Shown here: positions 1 through 12,049 of the stretch, piece by piece | How positions within the stretch are numbered: the first letter of the stretch is position 1 | Layout: each line of letters starts with the position of its first letter | Source: Octopus sinensis | Taxonomy: Eukaryota | Direction: 5' to 3' | Assembly (NCBI RefSeq): GCF_006345805.1 | Contig: NC_043003.1 | Location: 55,924,001-55,988,000, forward strand | Length of the DNA: 64,000 nucleotides | The notes under the pieces: generated by a model | The model's database searches: none | What the model saw: only the letters and a program-made list of their open reading frames with translations | Told to the model about the DNA's origin: nothing | Position numbers and translations under genes: made by a program

Positions 1-230
<230 letters not shown>

Positions 231-233
231 TAT

Positions 234-587
234 AAGCGGCAGGGAACATTATAGGCATGAATTGACAAGAAGTTTTAGGGGTTTGAATACTTCACCTCTG
301 AAAACATAGGTGTTCCGTTCATCATCCTTAAACAAACCTTGTTCAAGCTCCTTTTGGGCGTTATGGGTTACTCAACCTGAAGAAATTTCTAACCCGATCC
401 GGCCTGCAAGATCCTGCACTGATTTTGTCGATATAAGATTACCATCACCATGTCGCGCACAAGTTGGTTTTGATGCATGTGCATGGTGTACACTAAAGAG
501 ACGAGGAGTCATGACGGATATATTGCACTTCGTATATTTCTATCGTAGTATCATTTTTGATAGTATGCGCTGGTCTCTTAGTCAATA
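234..587 (-). mobile_element. Unclassified interspersed repeat, copy 1 (homologous to 17593-18046)
   Basis: The reverse complement aligns by eye with 17593-17940 (shared blocks such as aaatatacgaag, gcacatgcatca, tgtgcgcgacatg, gtaacccat, ttcaaacccc). Both copies are flanked by AAT/ATT repeats. Confidence 0.75.
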
Positions 588-626
588 ATAATAATGTTAA
601 TAATGATGATAATTGTGATAATAAGG

Positions 627-700
<74 letters not shown>

Positions 701-719
701 TAAAAATAATAATAATAAC

Positions 720-758
<39 letters not shown>

Positions 759-809
759 CATCATCATCATCATGAGATGAAGGAAGAAACGACAGAAAAA
801 TTTAATTAC

Positions 810-915
810 ATTGTTGACATTACTTATATTCGATGGATATTTGTCCTCATCTTGTTTGTGTTATCCGTCGAATGTAAATAATTTAAATAATGTAAATAAT
901 GTACATAATTCGTAA
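810..915. mobile_element. Penelope pseudo-LTR remnant, inverted (tail-to-tail) junction
   Basis: 819-838 and 863-882 form an imperfect inverted repeat. The sequence matches the pLTR copies at 49785-49875 and 60645-60735. Confidence 0.65.
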
Positions 916-935
916 TCTTTTAAATATAGAACAGA

Positions 936-2041
936 AAAAAATAAGGTGGAGTATTAGCGCAGACTGGGACTGCTCCTTAAGCCGAAATTAAACAGACAGA
1001 ATAATATTGAAGTTATCAACACTCCTTAGAAATGGAACAGGGGTAGTCGCATGGACAGCTTAGACAGAAAGACAAGAAAGTTGCTGATTAGATATGGGAT
1101 ACTCCACCCCAAAATTGACAAAGACAGACTGTATGTACTAAGAAAAAGAGGGGGAAGAGAATGATTGGGTGCGAACAGAGCGTAAGAAAAGAAGAAAGTG
1201 ACATAGCATGGTATGTAAAAAATGCCACAAAAACGCTATTATTGAAAGTAAGGTCAGGTTTGTGTAGGATGGAAGACTGCAAAGGTAAAGCACTGTACAA
1301 GCACTTGGGAATGAATGAAATTGAAAATAGGTGGATAAAGAAGAGAATGCACAGACGATATCATAGGGATGTTGAAGATAAGACAGATAGAAAAAAAGAT
1401 GCTTATGGAAGACTAAAACTGATTTAAAACCGGAAACGGATGCTCTAATCTCAGCTGCCCAAGAGCAAGCATTAAGAACCAATTAAATCAAATACCGAAT
1501 AACAACACATCAGAAAAGGATAAGTGCAGAATTAGTGGACAACATGTTGAAACCGTATGGAATATTTCCAGACAATGTACGCCACCCCCCCCCACTACCC
1601 CAGAAAGAATATGAGAGGCCATGACAATATAGCATGGATTGTCTATTGGACTGCAAAAATGTGGTACGAACGTAAACCCCCCAGGAAACCATTGAAAATG
1701 ACAACACAATCATCCTATAGGATTTTATGAATGAGTGTGACTACGAGATAGAGAAATGGAAACCAGACGTAGTCTTAATTGAGAAAGCAATCAAACAATA
1801 CTGGATCACAGAAAACAAGGTATGCGATAAGGAAGAAAGAAAATTCGATAGTTATAACAGGTTATCTTGGGAGGTTAAGCAGTTGCGGTGGCTGAAATAG
1901 GTGGTAATAGTACGAATAATTGTCAGAGACAATCTCAAGAATTACATGGAATAAATAGCGGCTCCAATACGGGTGGAGCACTTGCAGAAAACAACACTGC
2001 TTGGAACTACTCGAATACTTCGGATTGTGCTCGAAAAATTA

Positions 2042-2043
<2 letters not shown>
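936..2043 (+). mobile_element. R4/Dong-clade non-LTR retrotransposon, degraded 3' fragment (thumb, CCHC, restriction-like endonuclease)
   Basis: Frameshifted peptides LDRKTRKLLIRYGILHPKIDKDRLYV, LISAAQEQALRTN, KPDVVLIEK and LQKTTLLGTTRILRIVL. Ends in an (AAT)n tail at 2043. Confidence 0.85.
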
Positions 2044-2118
<75 letters not shown>

Positions 2119-2515
2119 AAGAAGAAGAGGAGGAGAAGGAACAACAACAACAACAACAATAAAGACAACAACTGCCACGACCACGACAAAAGCTACGAAA
2201 TTCATTGAGAATTATATGAACATCAGTCTGGAGACTAGGATATGATTAAATAAATATGTATTTACTATCTCTTGAAGAGTTTTCGACTGCTTTGGCAACC
2301 CATTTTATTTTGAGACAGAGAGAAGTTAAGTAAGACGTTATTCAACGTGACCATTAAAAAAAAAACATGGTGGGATTTGAAGGAGAACCGGCTGGTAATC
2401 ATAGCAACTCGGGAGACCACGTCAAAGATTTGCTGGCTCATCGATGATGACGATGATGATGATCATCATCGTCATCATCATCCTCATCATCATCATCATC
2501 ATCATCGTCATCATC

Positions 2516-2555
<40 letters not shown>

Positions 2556-2986
2556 GCCGTCATCATTATCATCATAATTAATGCGATTGTCTCAATAGTA
2601 GTTGCGTTGGTTATGATGAAATATTTCTATAATTTTCCCATGAATTCTTATATCTAATTAGGCTCAGGGGATTAGTGAAAATTTGTAAACGAGAAAAAGC
2701 AAAAGGTTTATGGGGTTAACTGCTTAGAACCAGCATATCAGGTTTCGTATCAAGATAAAAAAATCGACCATATTCGGTGCAGAATTCAAAATTACTTAAG
2801 ATTTCAAATTAAGACACCACATTTTTCATTTCATCCTAAGCTCACAAATACACTTTTATTATAAACGCTCACCCGTTAAAACGCGTGTGTGTATGTTTCT
2901 GTGTGTGCGTGCGTGTGCATGTGTGTGTGCGTGCGGCTAAGTTACCATGGACACATAGCTACAATCACAGAAGTCTGCAAGTGTAC

Positions 2987-3058
<72 letters not shown>

Positions 3059-4149
3059 GAGTGTGTGTTTGTTTATATACATTGGTTTGTGGATATGGGC
3101 ATAGGCATGGATGTGACTGCATATTTTTGTGTGTGTGTATGTGTGTGAGTGTATGTATGTGTATGTAAGCGCCTGCGTGCGTGTATGTTTATGCGTGTGA
3201 ATGAGTGTGTGTGCGTGTGTATGTGTGTTTGATGTTCGTAAATCTATTTTCAGCGAATTTGGCTTTGTCCTTTGTATGCGAAGTAGTTCTTGCTGATGCA
3301 AATATATAATGAAAATTAATCTACTGCATATACTTAGTACATTCGTTTGTTGGTAAAGAAAAAATATAAATGTAATCCTGCGGGATGTCAATTCTACTTT
3401 AGTTCACATTTTCAGACACAGAAGTTGTTTCTCGTATACTACACCACAAACAGTTGCAACACGATATGACCAGGAGTCCTTTCTTTATACACTATATTAA
3501 AAGATAACCGTTTCAGATATCTTACATTCTTCTGGTGAATGTTTTAACCTGAAATGATTTACATTTATATGAACATTTACGCTGCATTATTCAATACAAA
3601 AAGTTCAGCAAAGATAATTATGTCATCTTAGCGACAACATATAAATAGTATAAAATATATAATTATATAAATGCCATACAGATAGTTAACGTAGGAAGCA
3701 GAATCCCTGAAAATATTTCCAGCGACTAAATTCAGTTGTCTTTCGGCTATATCGTATACTAGAATATATATGTAGGTATATATATATATATATATATTAA
3801 AGACAACAAACGCCAAGGCAAGTCAAACATCTCAAGTCATATACGTTATTGTCATTAAAAAAAAATGTTACGTCTTGCAGCTGTAATAATAAATTATTTA
3901 TAAAAATAAAAATGACGTATATGACTTCAGAAGTTTCTCTTACCTTAGCGTTTGTTGTCCTCTTTAACAAATATTTATCCGCTATAACAGAAATCTATAA
4001 TCGTTGCATACCACCCGTCTCGACAATGAGCTTGGAGCCCCAGTGATCCGTTACAGCTCTTACCCAGCGTACTTAGTCGTTTCACCAGATTAATTTTAAT
4101 TCTTTCGTAGTCGAAACACACCTGTTATTATGTCCTGTTATTATTTTTA

Positions 4150-4445
4150 TTGTATTTGAGTAACATTGTCCGTTTTTTGCCGTGCTTGTTTTTCTATACA
4201 TTCGCTGCTTTCTTCCAAAGAATCTAATGCTCTTAGCTTCGTTTTTCTTGGGGCTGGCCAGATTGGAGCAATTTCGAATATAATCATCCGAAATTGTGAA
4301 GATAATCTGGTACTCGTCTAAGGAAAGAAAACTTCTAATGAGCAGTTCTTGTTTTCTTGGTATCGTCCATCTGGATGTTTTGTTGTCCCATTTTGGTACC
4401 ACCTAACTGTCCAGATGTTTTGCGTTCTTGTCCCATTTTGTATTA
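4150..4445 (-). mobile_element. Interspersed repeat (probable PLE pLTR family), homologous to 37570-37750
   Basis: The reverse complement shares aaaatgggacaagaacgcaaaacat, cacaatttcgg-tgatta and aagcta-gagcattagatt with 37570-37750. Confidence 0.55.
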
Positions 4446-4806
4446 TATAAATATATATATATATGTATATAATGCTCTCTTTCTCTTCTTTCCCTCCCTA
4501 ATACTTTACCTTCGTCTGACTGTCTGTCTGTCCTTCTCTCGTCTCCAATCCTACAAGTTATTTTCGTTTTCCTTCGCGTTATCACATATCTGCCTGCCTT
4601 GTGGCCGGACAGCGTTTTTTCTTCTATATGTATGTTTTTTTTATTTTGTCGCGGTTGTTTTCTTCATTGTCCCGTACATTCCTTATCTGTTCCCAGTGGC
4701 TGTTCGCCACTGACGCCATCAGAAATAGCATTATAATCGTTAGAGGTGCGAAATTGTAATGATCTTTTAAACGTTGATTGATGAAGAATAAGCTGCGAAT
4801 TTTCTG

Positions 4807-4907
<101 letters not shown>

Positions 4908-5283
4908 TGTGTTTGTGTGTGTTGGTGTGTGTGCGTGTTTGTGTGTGTATACATACATAAAATGTATTGTAAATAAACAATGACAGATAAAAAAATAAGC
5001 GTATCCGTACAAGACATAGAGGTCCACTAATTCTTCATCAGTTATCAACCAAAATGGTTTCACACCTTTACTGGTAAAACTGAGGGCCTTCCCATCTTGG
5101 CAGTTACTACGAAACACATACATACATACATACATTCATACAAAAATACCCTGTTGTTGACGTTGAAATTCCAATGAAGGAGCCTTGTATCTAGGTTCGA
5201 AACAGGTTTTTTTTCTTTATCGGCAAGAAATCGTGGAATAAGCTGAATAAAGACATACATACATACACACGCACACACACACA

Positions 5284-5319
<36 letters not shown>

Positions 5320-5511
5320 TATGTGTGTATATTTTCTTCGTACTGGTTTATGTGTACATATATATTTTTGGGGTGTGTGTTTGCGTGTGGATATGTGAAT
5401 GTGTATGCATATATGCATTCGTATATGTATATATCAGTTCACTTACATGAATATCCGACAATACCCTGGGGATTATTTTTTGTCAAACAATACCCTTGCG
5501 TCTTCGTAGCT

Positions 5512-7000
5512 CTAGGTAGATTTCGTCATGCAACACGAATTATATCAGTATGGAAGAAGCAACTTTGTCGAATTTACAGTAAAAGCATCTTGTCCATTTA
5601 TGTGTTCTGACCAAGATCTCGAGACGTACTTGCTTTTGCTATGTAGTATTTCAAAGAAGATACAATCAATGTTCCCAACACTTTAAGTTGTATTATAAAA
5701 CAGACGATGTGAGAAGTTAGGTTCTCCCAGCTTCCATTCAAATTAATTCTATAATTTTCCTTGAGATTTATTGATATTCATTGTGAAACTATATCTGACA
5801 GAATTCGTAGCCTTTGAATTTCATACGGCAAACCTGTTTGCTTCAGTTGTTTTCTACATTAAAATTAGATGCTATAATCATGCAAGAGTTACTTGCACTT
5901 GCAAATAACACTTGCATGATTACAGCGTCTATTTTATTACGCATAATATTTTAATGATGAGCTGTGAGCCATTACAAAGTTTTGGAGTGTCTAGTTTAAA
6001 TTATAGCATAATTAATGCTCCAAATTTAAGTATCAGATTGTGTGAACGGATTCCTGCTGTTTCGAAGTTGTTCAGAAAATCGGTTGGACGACTTATAATC
6101 TGGTCATGCAAAGCAGCTGTATTTATAGATTTTTAACATCTTTTCTGTTTGAAGAGCATGTTTAGTAGCCTTGTGTTGGTTTCTTTGGAAGCAGCATCTT
6201 TCTGTTCTTGATTATTCATTTACAGAACCGTTAGGCGATAAAAGTGTCTGATATATGTATTAGAAAGAACGGATAGTTAGTTACCGTTTCAATGATGTGG
6301 CCCAAAGACAATTGAATCTCTTCGCTGAAATCCTTTTCAGTGACTTTATTTTCCACTTTAACTATCCGTATTACATTCTCCTCATTATCACTAGTAAAAT
6401 ACAGTTGTATTTGGTGGTAAATGATTGACGGGACCAGAGTTTAAGATTTCAATCAAGATATGATCCGACCATCATTGACCAGATTTGCTTGATAAAAAAT
6501 TTCATGTTTTATTAGAGGTCATGCATGGATCGGTTCATGGTATCATATGGTCTTTGTGGCTGATGTTTGCTTCCTCTCAGATGACCAAATTTTATCCTTG
6601 CGAGAACTAGTTATCTGCCCTGGTTTTAGGGCATGACTGCGGTCTTGAGGCAGTTTAATAATGGATTTTGTACTTCTTCCATCATCCAGACACTTTACTC
6701 AAATTACACTTAAAGTACCATGGAATACAATGTGCTGCTTTTAGCGAGTTTTGCAAGCAAGAACTTCATACTAAATTTCTCATCTCTGTCTTTAGTAGTA
6801 TATATGATGAATAATGCGCTGTTCTCATTTTCTATATATTTCATAATTGTGTTTTAAGCACCACTCGAAGTTAATTTTCATTCACATCAGGAATAAAGTT
6901 TGAAGTTGGCCTCCTGAAAGACTTCGAAGTCAAATTTTGCTCTTCCCCTGTAATCGGTGCGTAGTTAATCAATATGTTATTCAGTGCCTGCACACGACGT
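5512..7000 (-). mobile_element. Helitron RepHel remnant (PIF1-like helicase C-terminal half, pseudogenised)
   Basis: Minus-strand peptides PTDFLNNFETAGIRSHNLILKFGALIML*FKLDTPKLCNGSQL (about 6090-5960), LPYEIQRL and RYSFTMNINKSQGK...GEPNFSHRLFY (about 5830-5690) match Helitron helicase motifs (PTEFLNSL..G.PPH.L.LK.GAPIMLLRNL...LCNGTRL; FAMTINKSQGQ...P.FSHGQLY). A possible decayed Walker A lies near 6920, and a hairpin plus CTAG at 5538-5512. Confidence 0.8.
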
Positions 7001-8008
7001 GACAGAGCGAGTAAAGCATGCAATTTCCAGGGCAAAATTCCATTTACATAATGTCGTTCAGATTCTGGTTTGGCTCAGATTTGCTTCTGAAGTAATGCTT
7101 TTGTACTTATGCAAGAGTAGATGCGGATTTGCAATTTAGCATGCTTAGTAACCAACAGCTGTCTTATTTGATTTCCTGTGCTTTGCAGAGTCTTTTTCGA
7201 ATGTCCATTGTCGTGGGAGCTCATAAAATTCACATGACTCTTGTATTTTGTGCACACCACCCTTGCAAAATGCGTGTGTTCCTTAAATACATTAGGCCAT
7301 TAGACAGTGTGTAGATATATCTGCAAATTAGAAACACTTTCGCTGTTAGGTGGACAACTTAAGCAATTAATTGCATCACTTTCCGTGATGACGTTGCATC
7401 TATCTACTGAAATAATATAATTCTTTCAATTCTATATATTCCAATTAATCCAATGTATCACAATGGATTCTATGCAACAAAAATATATAGCAAGACAATA
7501 TTTACTAATACAACAACGGTATATATATATTCTTAAAAGATAAGAGTAAGTTAGGAAGCTAAGTGTCATAACAGTTGATTGAACACATAGAAAGTTAACT
7601 GTAAAAGCTACCAGAATTAAACACCGAATCATTTTCAACTTGGGCATTCAACAAGCAAAGGGGTCACCGATACTCACATTATCATGTAAGAAGCCAAACA
7701 AAATTGATGGTTTCATAGAATTAACAGTATAAAAGATCTACACACACACGAAACGAAAACAAATATATATGTACCTCTGTGTTTGTGTGCGTGTGTGTCT
7801 AGCATACATTTAAAATACCCCATACATATATATATATATATGTGTATATATACATATATTTACATGTATATATTTGTATATGTATGTATCTATATATCTT
7901 TCTATTTATCTATATGTGTGTGTATGTGTGTGTGTGTGTGTTAAATAAAATGAGGCAACAAACCCAAGACTGTGTGGAATTTTCAGGACGTTTATAAAGA
8001 GAAATTTA

Positions 8009-8056
8009 GTCTTACAGCTGTCTCTGGGATATTAGTGATATCCCTTCATCAGAGAC
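8009..8056 (-). ncRNA. Minimal type-I hammerhead ribozyme motif (PLE pLTR), A14G core substitution
   Basis: Minus strand reads GUCU-CUGAUGA-A-GGGAUAU-CACUA-AUAUCCC-A-GAGA-CAGCUGUA-AGAC. Helix I, a 7-bp helix II and a palindromic helix III are present. GAAA reads GAGA. Confidence 0.75.
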
Positions 8057-9317
8057 CATGTAAGATGGTTAATTAGTAGGAAATATTAGAGTTCAATATA
8101 GGAAGTTAGCCTGGAAAAGAAAGGAAATAAGGAATACATAGGGAAATAGGAGAATGAAGATAGAAATAAAAATAAAAAATATATGCAGATGTTATAATTG
8201 CAGTTCCATTATCCAAGGAAAGTGGTGTGTAGAAATGGTAGAAATGCTTCTAGTCCATGATATGTAAATTCTAGTAGTTCATATTTTTCCATTACAAATG
8301 GAAATTGTGGAGACGTAAGTTACGTGTTGTTCATTGAAAGGGTCTTGTGGTGCAAACGAAAAATTGAGAATTTAATGGTAGTATTAAGTGGAATGATAGG
8401 GGAGAAGAGCTGTGCATGTAAAAATGAGGAGGGCGGTCAAAGGAAAAGTGAGAAAACAAGAAGGAAATGAAGGGGAAAAGAAAATTAAAACAAGAAAAAA
8501 TGAGAAAAAAATAATGAGAGAAAGTGAAAAATCTGAAAAAGGAGTGTTAGTTGGTGGTCAACATACCACGAGGGGAGATGAGGGATGGGAGAGGATTAGG
8601 GGATAGTAGGAAGAGATAAGAATGTAAGTAATGAATATTGTGATGTGTGTGAGGTGGGATGATATGCGAGGATGGGACTAAGAGATGGGTACAGAAAAAA
8701 GTATCGGAGCGAAGTTTCTACAGAGAGTAGTAGATCTGAAAACGGAAGGGAAGAATACTAAGAATGATCAAGTTTCTATAAATAGACTTGTGTGTTTATT
8801 CTACTGGCTAATGTGATAGTGTGGGTTGAGCAATCAGGGAGAAAGAAAGAAAGTAGTGTATATCGATATATGCACGCGCGCACACATGCACATATATGTG
8901 TGTGAGCATGCACTGTTATATAGGCTTGCGTACTTGTGTATTTAAACCTGTACGCATGCATGCATATACACACACACACAAACATGTACATAGGCACATA
9001 TATGCATATACACACATATACAAATACATACACATATATACACACACATACATATACATACAGATATATATATATGCTTACACATACATACCCAGAAATA
9101 CATGCATATACGCATACACGTGCACACATACACGCATACATGCACACATACACACATATTCACGCACGCACACATATATATATATACACATATACATACA
9201 CACATACATCCGCATACTTACATATATTCATGTCCATATGTGCAATATTAAAGAATTAAAACAAGTTTGGAGAGTCAGAGAATTAATGGAAATTCAAATA
9301 GGGTTGCTGGGGATTAC

Positions 9318-9800
9318 CTAATGGGTATTTGGGATATGTGCTGTTTGGTTATTTAGGTTGCATTTAGATTTGTGGTAAAATTTGAAGGTATAACGAAAGT
9401 GGCGACCGCATGTACCTAGGACTTCATTATATTTATTTAGTAATATTGAAGAGTTGTGTTTTAATATGTGGAATGCCTCTTTTAGGCATAACTTACAGGC
9501 TGAGCGTTGACCTTGGTATAGAAGACCCGAATCTATTATGGACCCTGACAAGATTTAGGGAATATTTCTACTTTTGATATCATGTACGTGACTGGCGGGT
9601 GTTGTGGATTTACTGTTGCTCGTATCTAAAAAGAATAGGGTAACATTGTTTAAAATTTACAGTTGACCTTATATATATGTTTATAGAATTGCATAAAGTG
9701 TTCAGAGCGGTGAATTTAAAAATTACATTGGGCCTTCTGCAATGTAGAGAGTTAAGGTCCCAAGGTGGAAGTTACATGGTAGTGCATTGTGGAGATTATT
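9318..9800 (-). mobile_element. Penelope-like element, GIY-YIG endonuclease remnant
   Basis: Minus-strand YIRSTVNFKQCY, KSTTPASHVHDIKSRNIP and IIDSG...CKLCLKEAFHIL...LLNKYNEVLGTCGRH follow the PLE endonuclease C-terminal pattern CxLCLxEK..LLN..E...CRH. A hammerhead lies downstream at 8009-8056. Confidence 0.75.
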
Positions 9801-10370
9801 CTCAGGATGGAAGGGGTAATACCGTCAGAGGATTGGTTAGGGATGGGGGTAAGTCGGTCTATTCTATTAACATTATTATTACTATTATCATTGCTATTTC
9901 TATCATTGTTGTTATTTATCCTATCTGTAAATATCACAGAAACTGCTATAAGACTAACTTTCTCTCTATAAATGTCCGGAAAACTCCACACAGCCTTGGC
10001 GTTGTTGTCTCATTTTATTTAAAATACACATGCTCATACAAGGCCCGCATTAGACTCGTATCATTCTCGAACTGAGAGTTTAACTACAATTCTTCCAAAG
10101 CACTTACATAGCGTTACGTGCTACATTGGGTCATGTGGATACAAATACCTCTCATACGCTATACACACACACATATCACGTATATACATATATTTATATA
10201 TACATATATATGTATCATATATATATATATACATATATATTTATATAACTGTATACACACACATGTATATATGTATATATATATACACACAGGCATATAT
10301 ACATAAATACAGAAATATATATATGTATGTGCATATGTATGAATATGTATATATAGATATGCCTGTGTAA

Positions 10371-10404
<34 letters not shown>

Positions 10405-10893
10405 ATGTAATACATACATATAAATATGCGTATATACATGCATAAGGTATGAATATTGTTTGCATGTCAGTGTGTGTGTGTGCGTGTGTTTGTGTGTGTG
10501 TGTACAGTCATTTATATATGATTGCACTAAAACATGGTTCTTATGGATGTGGAAACATTTTCTAAGCATTGATTCCAAGTCATCGTTTCGGTTTTTATAA
10601 GCAATATCCAACGTAAGTCTTTTAGTGAAACTGAAAATTCCACACTAATTACTACAATGTGTTGACACTCAATTTTATAGCAACGTGGCGGCAAGAGTCT
10701 AAACGCATATTTCGGTTTAAGTTTTGAATTACATATCCCTGAATATTAATATCTCTAAAATATAATAATAATAATAATAATAATGATGATGATGATGGTG
10801 ATGATAATAACAAAAATAATAATGATGATGATGGAGGTAATGATGATGATGATGCTTATTATTATTATTATTATTATTTTATTATTATTATTA

Positions 10894-11107
10894 TGGCGGC
10901 AATCTGGCAGAATCGTTAGCAGGCGGGGCAAAATGCTCAGCGGTATTGTTCGTCTGCCTTCACCTACTAAGTTCAAATTCCACTGAGGTGGATTTTGCCT
11001 TTCATCCTTTTGCAGTCGATAAATCAGTTACCAGTTGCGTCCTGGGGTCGATCTAATCGACTGGTCCCTCCCCCAGAATTTCAGGCTCTGTGCTTAGACT
11101 AGAAAAG
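10894..11107 (+). mobile_element. tRNA-derived SINE (octopus-type, Nin-like central domain)
   Basis: Head ggcggc-agctggcagaa-cgttagc, B-box-like agttcaaattcc, core gcctttcatcc...gtcgataaat, ATT tail. More than 10 copies in the window. Confidence 0.85.
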
Positions 11108-11424
11108 ATTATTATTATTATTATTATTATATTATTATTATTATTATTATTATTATTATCGTCGTAATCATCATCATCATCATCATCATCATCATTATCA
11201 TCATAACCCTTATGATTTTTTTGTGGTAATAGCACGGCAGTATTACTCGCATGGTAGTAGCAGCTGCAGCAACAACAGCAGCGGCGGCAGTAACAGCAGC
11301 AGTAGCAACAACAGCAGCAGCAGGCAGCAGCAGCAGCAGTAGTAGTAGTAGTATAGTAGTAGTAGTAGTAGTAGTAGTAGTAATGCTGTTGCTTTTATTT
11401 GAATGGAAGATATATTCCCGTATT

Positions 11425-12049
11425 CTTTACTACTCTAGGCATAAGACCCGAAATTTTGGGGGAGTGGTGCCACTTGATTAGATTGACCCCAGTACGCAAC
11501 TGCTACTTAATTTATCGACCCCGAAACGAGGAAAAGCTAAGTCGACCTCTGCAGAATTTGAACTCAGAACATAACGACAGACGAAATATGTTGTTTTTTT
11601 TTTATTGCCCACAGGGTGTTAAACATGGAGGGGACAAACAAGGACGGACAAAGAGATTAAGTCGATTACATCGACCCCAGTGCGTAACTGGTACTTAATT
11701 TATCGACCCCGAAATTATGAAAAGCAAAGTCGATTTCGGCGGAATTTGAACTCCGAACGTAACGGCAGACGAAATACCGCTAAGCATTTCGCCCGGCGTG
11801 CTAACGTTTCTGCCAGTTCGCCGCCTTAAAGGACCTTTTCTATTTTAGGCACAAGGCCCAAAATTATTAGGGTATGGGGCCAGTCGATTACATCGACCCC
11901 AGTACGCAACTGGCACATAATTTATCGACCTCGGAAGGATGAAAGGTAAAGTCGACCACGGTGGAATTTGAACTCAGAACACAAAGACAGACGAAATATC
12001 ACTAAGCATTTCGCCCGGTCCGCTAACGTTTCTGCCAGCTCGCCGCCTT
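11425..12049 (-). mobile_element. Cluster of three same-family SINEs (one headless, two full length)
   Basis: Copies at about 11425-11590, 11600-11828 and 11835-12049. The last two end in ctgccag(c/t)tcgccgcctt. Confidence 0.9.
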
